From positions 126,852,001-126,916,000 of the forward strand of contig NC_042999.1 in the NCBI RefSeq assembly GCF_006345805.1: DNA of 64,000 nt, in the 5' to 3' direction. Position numbers and translations under genes: made by a program. The DNA is from Octopus sinensis (lineage: Eukaryota). Positions 1 through 12,724 of the stretch are shown here, piece after piece; the first letter of the stretch is position 1, and each line of letters opens with the position of its first letter. Below the pieces are notes generated by a model. The model had not been told where the DNA came from, ran no database searches, and worked only from the letters and a program-made list of their open reading frames with translations.

Positions 1-239
1 ACTCTGAAATGCTTGCATCTAACAGTCTGGATAGGTGGTACTGTGAGCTGATTTAGTCATATTTACACCATTTGCCTGCAGTAAGAAATTTTCTCCATGA
101 CAAAGTACAATGAATGACTTGCTTATGAGTTCAAATGTGCTACTGGCATATTTGAACTGGCAATAACATTGCATTTATACACATCATTACTTAGCACTCC
201 CATCCATAACTTACATACTCTGTATATAGCTTTAATAGT

Positions 240-905
240 TTTGTGGTAAGAAGCTTACTTCCCAACCACTTGGTTCTGGGTTCAGTCCCATTGCATGACA
301 CCTTGGGCAAGTGTCTTCTACTATGGCCTCAGGCCGACTAACTTTCAAACAATTGAAGATAGCTGAATATGTTACCTGTCCTATGACATGAATGTGTGTG
401 TGTGTGTGTGTCTTTGTGTTTGCATTTGTCTCCCTCACTGCTTGACAACCAGTGTTGGTTTGTTTATGTCCCTGTACATAACAGTTCAGCAAAAGAAACT
501 GATGGAATAAGTAAAAGGTAAAGACCCCCTTCAGCCATGAATGACCATGGAATTGCACCTAGAAAGTTCCCCTCCAAGGTACAAGCCTGGTCAAGGTTGT
601 TTATGGAAAACCAGCATTTGTCCAGGGAAAGGCAAAGGCTGATACAACTTGGCACCAATGATGTCACAACTCATTTCTACAGCTGAGTGAACTGGAGCAA
701 CATGAAATAAAGTGTCTTGCTCATAAACACAACACACAGCCCTGTCCGGGAATTGAACTCACTATCACATGATTGTGAGCCCAATGCTCTAATCACTGAG
801 CCATGTACCTTCACAAGTACCAGACTTAAAAATAAGTACTGGAGTCAATTTGTGCTCCAGTATGGCTGCAGTCTAAAGACTGAAACAAGAAAAGGGCAAA
901 AGAGA
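240..905 (+). mobile_element. tRNA-derived SINE, family A (CORE-like), interrupted by a second SINE
   Basis: Head GGTAAGAAGCTTACTTCCCAACCACTTGGTTCTGGGTTCAGTCCC, then CCTTGGGCAAGTG (CORE-like box), a (TG)n spacer and tail GCTCCAGTATGGCTGCAGTC..GACTGAAACAAG. The same modules recur at 21715, 41290 and 44000. Confidence 0.75.
514..814 (-). mobile_element. tRNA-derived SINE, family C, nested in the family A SINE
   Basis: Minus strand reads GTGAAGGTACATGGCTCAGTGATTAGAGC (A box) ... GAGTTCAATTCCC (B box). AAGTA is duplicated on both sides. A related copy lies at 17818-18110. Confidence 0.7.
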
Positions 906-1079
906 TTTGATGAAAAAAAAAATACCCTAATCATACCCTCACAAGGGTATACCTACAATTACAAACGTATATCAGAGAATCTTCTTCAATGGTAAATTGT
1001 CAGACATCACAAAATGGATGTCACATAAAAAGGGTACCAACATAATCATGAGTAGATGTACAAGAAAAGATGGCTGCCA

Positions 1080-1330
1080 CTGCTACCACCATCACCACCA
1101 CCACCACCACTACCACCATCACCACCATCATCATTTCATGCCCACTTTTCCATGCTTACATAAATCAGATTTTCTACAGTTGGATGCCCTTCCTGTTGCC
1201 AACCTTCATCTGTTTGCAAGCAAAGTAAATATTTCCCCATGGCTAAAACATGATTTTCATGGAACATTGGAAACAAGCAACATTACTTGTATGATGGTAT
1301 TGCACATTTATGACCATCACATAATGTCAT
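1080..1330 (-). mobile_element. RTE-related LINE 3' end (old)
   Basis: (CAT/CAC)n tail followed by TTTCTACAGTTGGATGCCCTTCCTGTTGCCAACC, matching the RTE 3' UTR at 4880-5318. Confidence 0.6.
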
Positions 1331-2587
1331 GCACAGACAAACAGACAGACAAGACAGACAGACAGACAGACACACACACACAGATGGAAGTAACGATACT
1401 GTGCTCATTGCTGTGATGATTTTGGCCAATCAACTTGAAAAACTTGTAAAGAATTCTTTTGGAAAGAAAATATCAATCAAAGAAATAAAGCAAAACAAAA
1501 CAAAATCCATTAAATGTAAAGAGGTTTAAAGATAGAAGTAGCAAGAATTTGAGATTTGGGTACAACAGAAGTATTAACCAGTGGAATAGGAGCAATGGGA
1601 GCGATAAAAATAGCGAAAAATGATAAAAGAAGCAATTTACCAAGGTACTGTAAAAAATAATTATTATCCTGAGAAGCAACTCATATCCTTAGAAATATTA
1701 TATATCTGTAGGAAAATAACTTGGTAAGCATCATGTTGCTTTGTACACACATACACGTACACAAGAGTGTACAGAGGCACACACAGAGAGGCACATGCAG
1801 AAAAACACATAATTACATAGCTATATGTTATAGAAACTTAGCCAATGCCCATGATTGATCATAGCAATCTTGTATGGAATGAAAAAAGAACACACTAATA
1901 CACATATACAAATAATTAGTTAGACACAGACACACAAATACACACACACACACATGCACACTGGAAGGTAATAATGAAAGTGTTATTGTACTGGGGTTGA
2001 TTTCATCTTTCATCTGCAGAATATTTATAAAATATGTACTATGGATATACTAGATTTCTACCAATCAGTTTTAATAGTTAAATACAAATATGTATTTATA
2101 CACAGACATACACATGTGTAAATATGCAAGTACGCAGACATTCATTTACACATATACTCCTACGTGCATGCACACAATTAAAAACTCCTGGTAGATATCA
2201 ATAAATCACTCAGTATTAAAAGAATTTGGTTATAAATGTTCAGCAGTCAGATGCCAGTGAATGTAAGTAGAATACCTATCCCAGGTAAATCCTCACGCAT
2301 GAAGGGTAAATCCAAATATCCTTTTGCAGAATAGGTACAGAAAAAATTATATCTTTATTATAGATCTCACCCTATAAAGCACTTCATTTCATGGTGCTTT
2401 GTAATCATTTTGTCATCTGACATGTGGCACCCGTTGTACCTGTACAGGTAATGTTGATTTGATGGAGGGAGTGAGCTTATGTGTACACAAACATTTGATC
2501 ACTATAAACAAATCAACTGTGTGGTTTTTCGATAAGAAATTGTCAAACCCTCATCTGTCGTCTAATGACGGGAGAGTTCATTATTTT

Positions 2588-2638
<51 letters not shown>

Positions 2639-2642
2639 ATAT

Positions 2643-2706
<64 letters not shown>

Positions 2707-2725
2707 TACAAATACGTATATATAT
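2588..2725. repeat. (TA)n/(CA)n microsatellite
   Basis: Seen directly. Confidence 0.95.
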
Positions 2726-3237
2726 AGAGAGAAAATAGTTAAATTGATATTAATATCCTTGAAAATATATGTTAACACAACTTTATCAAGGTCGTCCAAA
2801 ATTAGCGAAATTCAAATTGAACATCTGAAAAATTATCAGTTTATAAATGCTAACAAAAGGAACACCTAAAACAAATTCGGCCTAAGACATTCCTTCATTT
2901 AACTAATGGTGGTGTAATTGGATAACGTAAATGTTTTATATAAATAAAATAAACATATTTAAGAAAAATCATTTTGTATTCAACTACTGGTGACATCAAT
3001 AAAAATAATAAAAAAAACATTTGGGTACATAATATTGACAAGTCACAAAGATGACAAAACATTAATGTCTACCACTCCTGGAATCAGACCTAGCATGTGT
3101 TATCTCACTTGTCAGTGGCTTCTAGGTGTTTTTACACCTATTGACAATAAAATTTTCTGCATTTATACACAGCCTGCCCATTAACTGGCAATATACATGC
3201 CTTGTGTATGTGTGTTGTTTATATATATATATACACA

Positions 3238-3238
3238 T

Positions 3239-3276
<38 letters not shown>

Positions 3277-3774
3277 TGTTTAACGTCCATTTTCTATGCC
3301 GGCATGGGTTGGACGGCTTGACTGAGGACTGGCAAGCCATGAGGCCTCACCAGGCGCTAATCTGATCTGGCAATGTTTCTGCAGCTGGATGCCCTGACGC
3401 CAACCACTCCAAGAGTGTAATGAGTGCTTTTTATGTGCCACCAGCATGGGAGCCAGTCTGGTAACACTGGTATCGGCCATGTTTAGATGGTGCTTTTTAT
3501 GTGTTACTGGCACAGGAGCCAGTCGAGGTGGGGGTGGGGGCTGGCATCATCCACTTTTGGATGGTGCTTTTTATGTATCACCGGCATGGGGAGTGAGTTA
3601 GGCAGCACTGGCAATGATCCACACATGAATGGTGCTTATTGCGTGCCACCAGCATGAGAGCCAGTCAGGTGGCATTGGCATCGGCCACAATTACAATTTC
3701 CATTTGATTGTGATTAGATTTTTGATTTTGATTTTGATTTTACTTGACTCAATAGGTCTCCTCAAGCACACTGC

Positions 3775-3775
<1 letters not shown>
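3238..3775 (-). mobile_element. RTE LINE 3' end with (ATG)n tail
   Basis: (CAT)n then TTTAACGTCC...GCTGGATGCCC, repeated GGTGCTTTTTATGTG sub-units, ending near CTCAAGCACA (inverse of the ORF end seen at 4875). Confidence 0.8.
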
Positions 3776-3812
<37 letters not shown>

Positions 3813-4393
3813 TAACTGACTCTTGCGTCAAAGATGACATATAAGTGTTCAGTGAGAAGACGGTGAAAACAATCCACCCAAATAGACAATCAACACCACT
3901 CATATTACTATCACTACTATTCATCAATGTTTACAATTCATTCACTTCACCTGGCGATTCCTTATGTGAGCCCTCAGGTCACCAAAAGCAATTTGGATAT
4001 GAGCATGAGCATAACTTATAAAAGTCATACCTACCTACCTACCTACCTACATACATACATACATATATGGCAAGAAGAAAATGGAGGGAATCCAGAAGTA
4101 GTATGTATCAGCCGTTAGACATAATATTATGTCTATTTATTTATTTTAAACAGTTCTGTGAATATATATACATGTGTATATACATTTTCTTCTTGCCATA
4201 TAAATTAAGGGTAAAACCACTTGTTACCTTCACCCATTTATTACGCTCAGTAGTGTAATTGCCACTCAATAACCAACACTGGTGTATTAATTGGGTATTC
4301 TACCAGCAGTATATTAGATAGATACTGTCCCTTAGTTGGTTGGATTCACAACCTCTAACTCTCTTTGAATTATATATATATATATATATATAT

Positions 4394-5318
4394 GGCCTGA
4401 GACTATAGTTGTGAGAATAAGATTAGGCTGGGCAAAGTTCAGAGAGCTCCTACCTCTGCTCACAGAGTGAAAGGCATATTGTATGATGCCTGTGTGCAAA
4501 AAGCTATGCTATATGGCAGTGAAACATGGGCTGTGACAGCTGAGGACATGTGTAGGCTTGAAAGAAATGAAGCTAGTATGCTTTGCTGGATGTGCAATGT
4601 CAGTGTGCATGTTCGATAGTGTAAGCATCTTGAGAGAAAAGTTGGGCATAAGAGGCATCAGATGTGGTGTGCAAGAGAGATGACTGCACTGGTATGGTCA
4701 TGTGATGCATATGGATGAGGACAGTTGTGTAAAGAAATGCCAATCTCTAACTGTGGAGGGAACCTGTAAAAGAGGTAGACTCAAGAAGACATAGGATGAG
4801 GTGGTGAATCATGAGCTTTGAAATTTGGGCCCCACAGAGGCAATGACTAGTGACCAAGACCTTTGGTGATATGCTGTGCTTGAGAAGACCCATCAAGCCA
4901 AATGAAATTGAAGTTGTGGCTGATGCTGGTGCCATGTAACTGGCATCTGTGCTGGTGGCATGTAAAAAGCACCTTTTTAGCATTGGGTCTCATGGAGGCA
5001 AAGCGGCTGAGCTCCTTTTGAGTGTTGTGCAATGACTGAGGCCTTTGGCATAATGTTGTGCTTGAGAAGACCATTCAAGCCAAGTAAAATTACAGTTGTG
5101 ACAGATACTAATGTCATGCAAATGGCACCCATGCTGGTGGCATGTAAAAGCACGCATTACATTCTGTTAAGCGGTTGGCATTAGGAAGGACATCCAACCA
5201 TAGAATCCATGCCAAATCAGGCAGGGGTCTGGTGCAGCCTTCTAGCTTGCCAGCTCTGATCAAACTATCCAACCCATGTCAGCACAGACAACAGACGTTA
5301 AATGATGATGATGATGAT
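4394..5318 (+). mobile_element. 5'-truncated RTE-clade LINE (decayed RT C-terminus, 3' UTR, GAT tail)
   Basis: Manual translation with frameshifts and stops: IRLGWAKFRELLPLL..LYDACVQKAMLYGSETWAV..LREKLGIRGIRCGVQER.LHWYGHVM.MDEDSCVKKC...RGR.KKT. Ends GACGTTAAATGATGATGATG. Confidence 0.9.
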
Positions 5319-5393
5319 ATTTTGAAACAAAGAACCTTATCCTGAACTTAAAAGAGAACATTCTAAAGACACTGGATGTTTTAAACACTAAAT

Positions 5394-5395
5394 CA

Positions 5396-5443
<48 letters not shown>

Positions 5444-5446
5444 TCG

Positions 5447-5478
<32 letters not shown>

Positions 5479-5630
5479 GAGCTGCATCAGACTTCAGTCT
5501 GTTTTGGCTTGGTTTCTATGCCGGATGCCCTTCTTAATGCCAGCCACGCCATAGAGTGTACTGGGTATCTTTTGCATGTCACCTACGTGGGTGCTACTTA
5601 CATGTCTCTGGCATGGGCACCTTTTATGTC
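5394..5630 (-). mobile_element. RTE 3' end with expanded (GAC)n/(GAT)n tail
   Basis: (TCG)n-(TCA)n tract followed by GCTGCATCAGACTTCAGTCTG..CCGGATGCCCTTCTTAATGCCAGCC. Confidence 0.75.
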
Positions 5631-6096
5631 ACCAAAAATGCTTACCATTGCATTCATTATCTTTGTACACAATTTGAGAAATGTTTGAATGAAGAGGGTT
5701 ATGGAGTGCCCTAATTTGGAATACACACTCTAGCCCCAAATGGCTAAGATGTGTATTCCATGCTGTAATCACATTAATTACAATTTGTTTTAATTATCAT
5801 GTTTTATGGCAGTTTTTCTACTTATTTCTATGCTCTATGCAAGTATGTGTTTGTATATGTTTATATATGTAGATATATGTGTATGTGAATGTGTATATAT
5901 ATATATAGAGATATATATTTATATATATCTATATATATATGTACTCACATAATATATATGTGCTCACACATGTATTTGTAAATGTGTCTTTTACACCTGG
6001 CAGCTTTGAAAGCCCCAACTAAAAGTTCTGTATTTTTGTACCTTTTTAGGCCTTTGTGGTTATTATTATCATTATTTCTATTATTAATACAGCAAG

Positions 6097-6304
6097 TAAG
6101 GTGACGAGTTGGCAGAATTGTTAGCATGCTGGATGAAATGCTTAATGGTATTTCACATATCGCTATGTTTTGAGTTCAAATTCTGCCAGGGTTGACTTTC
6201 ATCCTTTTGGGATCGATGAAATAAGTACCAGTGAAACACTGGGGTTAATGTAATTGATTAGCCCCCACCTCAAAATTTCAGGCCTTGTGCCTGTTGTAGA
6301 AAAG
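6097..6304 (+). mobile_element. SINE family B, inserted into the head of an older family B copy
   Basis: GAGTTGGCAGAATTGTTAGCATG..TTGAGTTCAAATTC..CATCCTTTTGGGATCGATGAAATAAGTACCAG. Flanked by a 17-bp duplication ATTATTAATACAGCAAG. The older copy continues to ~6450. Confidence 0.8.
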
Positions 6305-6452
6305 ATTATTAATACAGCAAGCTGGAAGAATTGCTAGCATGCCAAGCTGTCCTTATTTTCTGAGCTCAAATGCTGTTGAGATCAACCTTGCCTTTCATCC
6401 TTTTGGGTTTGATGAAATAAATACCAGTTGCACATGGGGTGGGGGTGGGGGG

Positions 6453-7166
6453 TCAGTGCTCTTTTGCATGCCCTTGTTCAGTGTCCAGGCATTGCTGACT
6501 TGTGGGGTTCTGTTGAACAGCTGCTGTCATGTGTGGAACGGATCCATCAGTTGGCCGAGTCCGTAGTGATGACCGCCCCACCGCCCTCCTTCAATCGGGC
6601 AGGCAAAGCAGTTTTCCATTGCCTGGTAGCTGTGGTGAAAGAGGTTGTTCGGTGGACAAGGCTGAGAGGCATGATGACAGATACATTCCTCTTTTGTAGA
6701 GCTCTCACTGACTTCTTCAAGTTTCACTTGAAAAAGAAACTGAGAGTGGAGAGGGAAGTGCTGTTCTCGAGTGAGTCTATTGAAAGGTGGATGAAAGTTG
6801 TGAAAACGACAAGAGTGGATGGTACCTCTTTAAGTGCAGACCTGTGAGTCAGAGAGAAGGGATTGGAGAGGGCACTTGCTCTTGGGGTTTCTGGGAAATT
6901 TTGGACAGTAGGGTTCCTCAATTATCCCTAGGGACCTTCCTGTATCAGGAAGGCCACATCTCTATCATCCTCCCCACCATTTTTTTTTAAAACCTTTGTA
7001 TGCTATGCATATGTCCCTTTTTTAGTGTATACTATGTATACTTACGTTTTTTTTATCATTTCATTGTATGTAAGCCCCCACACTTTATGGCTGTCATTGT
7101 ATTGTTCCCCTCATCATTCACCCTTGTGGCAAATAAATGAAATTATTATTATTATTATTATTATTA

Positions 7167-7205
<39 letters not shown>
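6453..7205 (+). mobile_element. Tx1/L1-clade LINE 3' fragment
   Basis: Open frame to the stop at 6847: ALLHALVQCPGIADLWGSVEQLL..CLVAVVKEVVRWTRL..FFKFHLKKKLRVER..ERW, resembling the Tx1 ORF2 C-terminus (HxLxxCP knuckle end). The 3' UTR ends AAATAAA then (ATT)n. Confidence 0.7.
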
Positions 7206-7206
<1 letters not shown>

Positions 7207-7795
7207 GTTATTCATTTCAGTTTTTTGTTTGTATTCATCATTTGCCATGTCATCATCCAGGCACAGAGGCCAAGTGAAGTTATGACAAGAATGTTACAGA
7301 TTATACTTACAAGAAACAAGTAGACAAAATAAAAATAAAGAAAGTACATGCAATAATAGACAATGTTTGGATCAAGTAATCATACAGACAAAGCTTTATA
7401 ATGCTGATAAGATCGTTTATATTTCAGGCAGCCTGAACTAGTGTTTTTTTGTTGATTAGTTACAGGTCAGCACTTGATTGGATAAGCTCTGTGATAAAAA
7501 AAAATTCCATTTATCTCTTTAGCTTCCAGATTATTCTATAAGATTATTCTATAACAGTTATTTATCCACATTGTTTTGAACTTATCCTGCATTATCTTGT
7601 AGCTTTGAGATTTTGATTGTTTGTATATCTTTTTAGACTAACATTGTAGGGATCTGGTCAGTTTGAACATAAAACAGGAAGAATATTTTGGATGGATATG
7701 GCTGGAGTAAATAGTAAAGAGTTATACTATATTTTCACAAATAATGTATCTAGGGTGATATCATTTAGTGTATGTTTTTTTAAAGACAGTAAATA

Positions 7796-7970
7796 TGAGA
7801 GGGTGCTGAAAAGTTTGGGTAAAAAATGAACATACAAGAGAATCAGTTAATTATGATTTTATTCAATGTATTCATCTCTCAGATTCACACACTTATTGCA
7901 ACAGTCCTTCAGATTTTCTAAGCCTTTTCATGACATCCTTAAAGCCATGAACTTTTCAACACATGCCTCA
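7796..7970. mobile_element. mariner-type MITE
   Basis: TA|TGAGAGGGTGCTGAAAAGTT ... AACTTTTCAACACATGCCTCA|TA: imperfect TIRs with TA on both sides. Confidence 0.7.
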
Positions 7971-8489
7971 TAGTGATCTGAGGGAGATTTAGCTTCTGTT
8001 TCTAGCAGGTTTGCTGACCACTTAGATGTTCTATCATTAGCTTATGAGTCACCCTGTAGTTTTCAATTCTCATTTTCTTAATTAATCCAAATGTGCCAGT
8101 TGTTGATGGAATTATTATTACTATCAGATGTCATGGTTATGATGTTTTCAAGTCATTATCCTTGGCTAATAAGCAAAACTTCATAGAGGAATTATTTGTC
8201 TGAAAGGATGGTCTGAAGGGATGATCATATTTACTACAACAGCTTGTCCTATCTTTTTTGATTTGCTTTAATCAGACAGCTAGCATACACTATTGGATTG
8301 CTAGAATTGTGAGAATATCAGAAAATATGCCTCCCTGTATTCACTTCAGCTGAGATCAACTTTGTCTTTCAATAAGATTAATAAAATAAAGAACTGGAGT
8401 TGATGGAATTGACTAACCATTCCCTTCAGATTACTAAAATTGTTCCTAAATTAGAAACCATTATTATTGTTATTATTATTATTTCTAAG

Positions 8490-8710
8490 ATGGCAAGCAG
8501 GCAGAATCACACATCATACCAGGCAAATTGCTTTACATCATTTTGTCTGTCTTTGTGTTCTGAGTTCAAATTCCACTGAGGTTGATGTTGCCTTTTATCC
8601 TCTCGGGATTGATAACATAAGCACCAGTTGAGTACTGGGGTCAATGTGATTGACTTATCTCCTCTCTGAAAATTGCTGACCTTGTGCCAAAATTTGAAAG
8701 CTTTATTATT
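8490..8710 (+). mobile_element. SINE family B
   Basis: GTTCTGAGTTCAAATTCCACTGAGGTTGAT..TCCTCTCGGGATTGATAAC..CCAGTTGAGTACTGGGGTC..CCAAAATTTGAAA. Confidence 0.7.
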
Positions 8711-9237
8711 ATTATTTCTCCCCACTTCATCATTATCATACATGGTTTCCTTATTTGAGCAGTTGCCTTTATGGATGGATGTCATTCATACACTAACTGC
8801 TCAACCAGGAACTGAAAACTGTTTCATGTCAATATGATTAAAAATTTTGGGATTGTCAACCTTGCCTAACAAAAGTTTCAATATTTACTTAGACATCTAC
8901 TTAAAGGTTTCAATTAGTTTGATCTCCAATCATCAGCAATTTTCTTATTTTTAGGTGAGTATATTTTATCAGGCTCGATTTGAACTCAGAATCTTTATTC
9001 CTGAGCCAAAGTTACTAATGCTCTTACCACAAGACCACTGATATATTTACCATTAATGTTTCATCTTTAGTTTATTTAAAATACAGTTCTCAGTTAAGGA
9101 GCCATGTTGAGCCAATGGTCTACACTGGGACTACAGACTGGATTTTTAGTAAACTTTATCTGCTTGTTTGATATTTCTAAAATTCTACTGTGGTTCTCTG
9201 TCAATGACAGAAATTCACTTCTACTATTACTATAATG

Positions 9238-9547
9238 GGAGGTGCAATGGCCCAGTGGTTAGGGCAGCGGACTCATGGTCGGAGGATCGCGGTTTCGATT
9301 CCCAGACCGGGCGTTGTGTGTGTTTATTGAGCGAAAACACCTAAAACTCCACGAGGCTCTGGCAGGGGGTGGTGGTGACCCCTGTTGTACTCTTTTGCCC
9401 CAACTTTCTCTCACACTTTCTTCCTGTTTCTTGAGTAACGCTGTGATGGACTGGCATCCCATCCAGCTGGGGGGAGCACATACGCTACAGAAACCGGGAA
9501 ACTGGGCCCATGAGCCTGGCTAGGCTTGAAAGGGGCGCAAAAAAAAA
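9238..9547 (+). mobile_element. Young tRNA-derived SINE with poly(A) tail and 12-bp TSD
   Basis: A box TGGCCCAGTGG, B box GGTTTCGATTCCC, CpGs retained. ATTACTATAATG is duplicated at 9226-9237 and 9548-9559. Confidence 0.9.
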
Positions 9548-10013
9548 ATTACTATAATGATCATTACTCCTCAGAACTGACTAGACTCATGTCACCTCCA
9601 CTCAAGCATTCCTAACCCACAGATTTCCTCTTTTTTCATCATACGTGTGTCCAACACCCCTAATTCCATCATTGAACACTACAGGCTTATAAAAAAAATA
9701 AGTCCTGGGGGTTGATTCATTCAACTAAAACTCTTCAAGGTAGTGCCCCAGCATGGCTGCAGTCTAATGACTGAAACAACTAAAAGATAAAAGGCTGTTT
9801 TAGGTGTGATGTTTATGGCAAAATATACATTTTCATCAAGAACATTTATTAATTGAATAACTATGAGTAATGGCTGGAAGAATTTATAACTGAAACCTAA
9901 ATCTATAAACAGAAGATATATTGTGTATTCCTGCTGAAGAAGAAAGCACTAACAATTTTCCAGATTTTTGTTTATAATTATTTTAGGAAAGTATATAAAT
10001 TCCCACACAGCCC

Positions 10014-10017
<4 letters not shown>

Positions 10018-10100
<83 letters not shown>
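10018..10100. repeat. (CT)n-(TA)n compound microsatellite
   Basis: Seen directly. Confidence 0.95.
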
Positions 10101-10102
<2 letters not shown>

Positions 10103-10196
10103 CATATAATATACATATTATATATAATGTATATATAATATATATATATATATATGATATAATACATGTATTTATAATATATATATGTATTATATA

Positions 10197-11054
10197 CAGG
10201 GTGGGATGGGTAAATTGCTGCCATTTTATACTTTAATTTCACATATGCACATTGTTTGTTTTTGATTTTGCTGACTACACAGTAAAGTAGGGTCAGTTGG
10301 GCACTGTCTGTGAGAAAAACAGCACCATCCCATAATTCACTCTGCCAGATTTGGAAACGATATGCTGTACTGTTTGGCATTCACTCCAGAAGCTCCAATA
10401 CAAACAGATGGTGAACACACAGAACAACCGTTGGCTTGCTGTGTCCCCAAAAGATGTACTGAAAGTGATAAAAATCAAACATCCAGTCAACATCATGGTG
10501 TTTGGAGTGATCACTAGTGATGGCAATGTTATGCCTCCATTCATCTTCCCACACAGCCTCAGATTCAACAGAAGCCTACATCAAGTGCCTGGACGAGGTA
10601 GTGCTGCCCTGGGTCAAGAGGGTAGCTGCTAGAAGACCCTATGTCTGGCAACAGGACTCTGCACCATGGCACACAAGCAGGAGAACCCAGTCATGGCTAT
10701 CAGACAATTTCTGCAACCACATCACCCCTGACATCTGGACACCTAACTCCCAAGACTGCAACCCCCTTGATCATTATGAGTGGGGTGCAGTTGAGCAAGA
10801 GACCAACAAAACTCTTTGTAACACTAAAGATGAACTGATGGCAACGATTATGGCAGTATTCATCAACTTAAACATGAAGACCATCCAGAAGAGTTGCAGG
10901 AGGTTCCAAAGTCATCTGAAGGCCATGGTTGAAGCCAATGGTGATTTTATTGAGTAAATTTATGTAATTTTAGTAAATACATTTGTTAAAATGAGATGTC
11001 AGTGCTATTTTCATTTTTGTGTAACTTAGATGACAATATATTCACTGCACCCTG
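10197..11054 (+). mobile_element. Internally deleted maT-type (DD37D) Tc1/mariner element, copy 1
   Basis: TA|CAGGGTG ... CACCCTG termini. ORF 10517-10957 contains QQDSAP..(37 aa)..CNPLD. The HTH-to-first-D segment is missing. Confidence 0.9.
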
Positions 11055-11279
11055 CATATAATAATATGTATTATATTTATTATATATATTTATATAATAA
11101 TATATAAATATACTTGTGTGTGTATACATGCACACCCACATACACACACACACACACAGAAGGGATGCTCAGGCTACATTTGACAGTTTGTATAAAAAGA
11201 AAAGAAGACAACATTCCATCCAAAACTAAAAGTATTTTTGAAAATATTAAATGTCAACTAGATTATGACTGGGAAATAA

Positions 11280-11800
11280 CAATTTACTCAAAGTAGCTGC
11301 CCACAGCTTCCACCACAGCCTCAAGACAGTTCCAGAACCTGATGCATGTGTTCCTCACTGAGTTTCTGGGTGGCTGTTGGAACACGCCCTTGATCTTGGC
11401 CACCAGCTTAGCATTGGCATTGCAGGCAGAGCTGTTGGTGTCTTTTCTCAACTGAGCTGCACACAGCAATCCATAGGATTACAACTGGAGGAATTAGGAG
11501 GCCAGAAATTAGGGTTGGTGAAGTTGTAGAAATTCTCTGACAACTACTGGCAACGCTTCTGGATGTATGGCAAGGAGCTAAATCCTGCTGCTATACACAT
11601 GGCCTTCCAGCAGCAACCCACTCCATCCAGGGCTTGAACCTGTTCAAAGATGTGGGGCAGCATGATGTCATCTTCACTGGAGACACACCCAAAGACGATC
11701 ACAGTTAGTGGGACTTTAGTTTCCTCGATGTCCATGTTATAGTTTACAGCCTTTACAGGGTTCACACAACATTAAGCAGCAGTCATGATGTCAGCATTTT
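11280..11800 (-). mobile_element. Decayed DD37D transposase fragment, second subfamily
   Basis: Minus-strand frames give VIVFGCVSSEDDIMLPHIF, QQDLAP, SENFYNFTNPNFWPPNSSSCNPMD and RFWNCLEAVVEAVGSYFE. Confidence 0.8.
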
Positions 11801-12686
11801 GATACCCAGCATGAATCTTTTCCAATATTCAGATGGTTTCCAGTTTTCCATGTCAGCTAAGTTTTTCTCAACTACAGTTTTGATCTGTTTTTGTACTTGG
11901 TTTGCAAATTTCTTGATGGGAATTTGTGTATTGAAACAAATCTTGTGTCTTGGGAGGTTCATTATACCAATAATAATAATAACACACAATCAGGTTCAAT
12001 ATAACTTCTCTATAATTAATTAATTAGTTAAATATCTAATCAACTAACTAATTGATTGTTTGTTTAATGTATTGATTAAACAATCAGTTGATTGGTTGTT
12101 TGTTAAAGCCCTTTTGTCACTACTCAGGACCTCATGAATGACATGGTCTCTCCAAGGTCTGTCATGAGTCTTTTTGATTCACTGCATTCTGAGTTCAAAT
12201 ACTGCTGAGGTCAGCTTTGCTTTTTATCCTTTTGGTGTTGATAAATAAAGTAGCATCCAAAGGGGGTGGATTGGCAGAACTGAAACAACATTGGATTAGG
12301 TGTCTTGTGGTATTTGTACTAGCTCTTTGCGTTCTTAGTTAAGCTTCTGCTAGGGCCTATTTGGAGAGTGGACTTCACTCACCCATTGCCTTTTCTAACA
12401 TCAACACCTAGCACTTTGGGCACCTTTTGTAGAGTTCACCCTGTTGCAAGAATTTGGGTCAAAGTTCCAGTTTGAAGATACCTTCTTCCCCACTTCCAAC
12501 CACTCTTGGAGGTCCTGTAACAAATCATAAGCACTGCTTCCCCAACTGCCAAAAAATTACCACCAAAACAAAAAAGGATAAAAAAAACCCCATTGTATGG
12601 AATGGTACTGGCATAGCTTGTAAGAAAGATGTGCCATCAATAGATTATTGTAGTAATTCTACCATGTGGAGAGCTAGAGGAGAAGG

Positions 12687-12724
<38 letters not shown>

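Noticed and set aside
2555-2590. Half-hammerhead CTAATGA-CGGGAGAG
   Set aside because: Core is mutated and truncated by (TA)n; no GAAA half is visible.
9238-9320. tRNA gene
   Set aside because: A and B boxes are present, but it continues into a SINE body with A-tail and TSD, and I cannot form a full cloverleaf.
11783-11989. 68-aa ORF next to the DD37D remnant
   Set aside because: No transposase or RT motif recognised.
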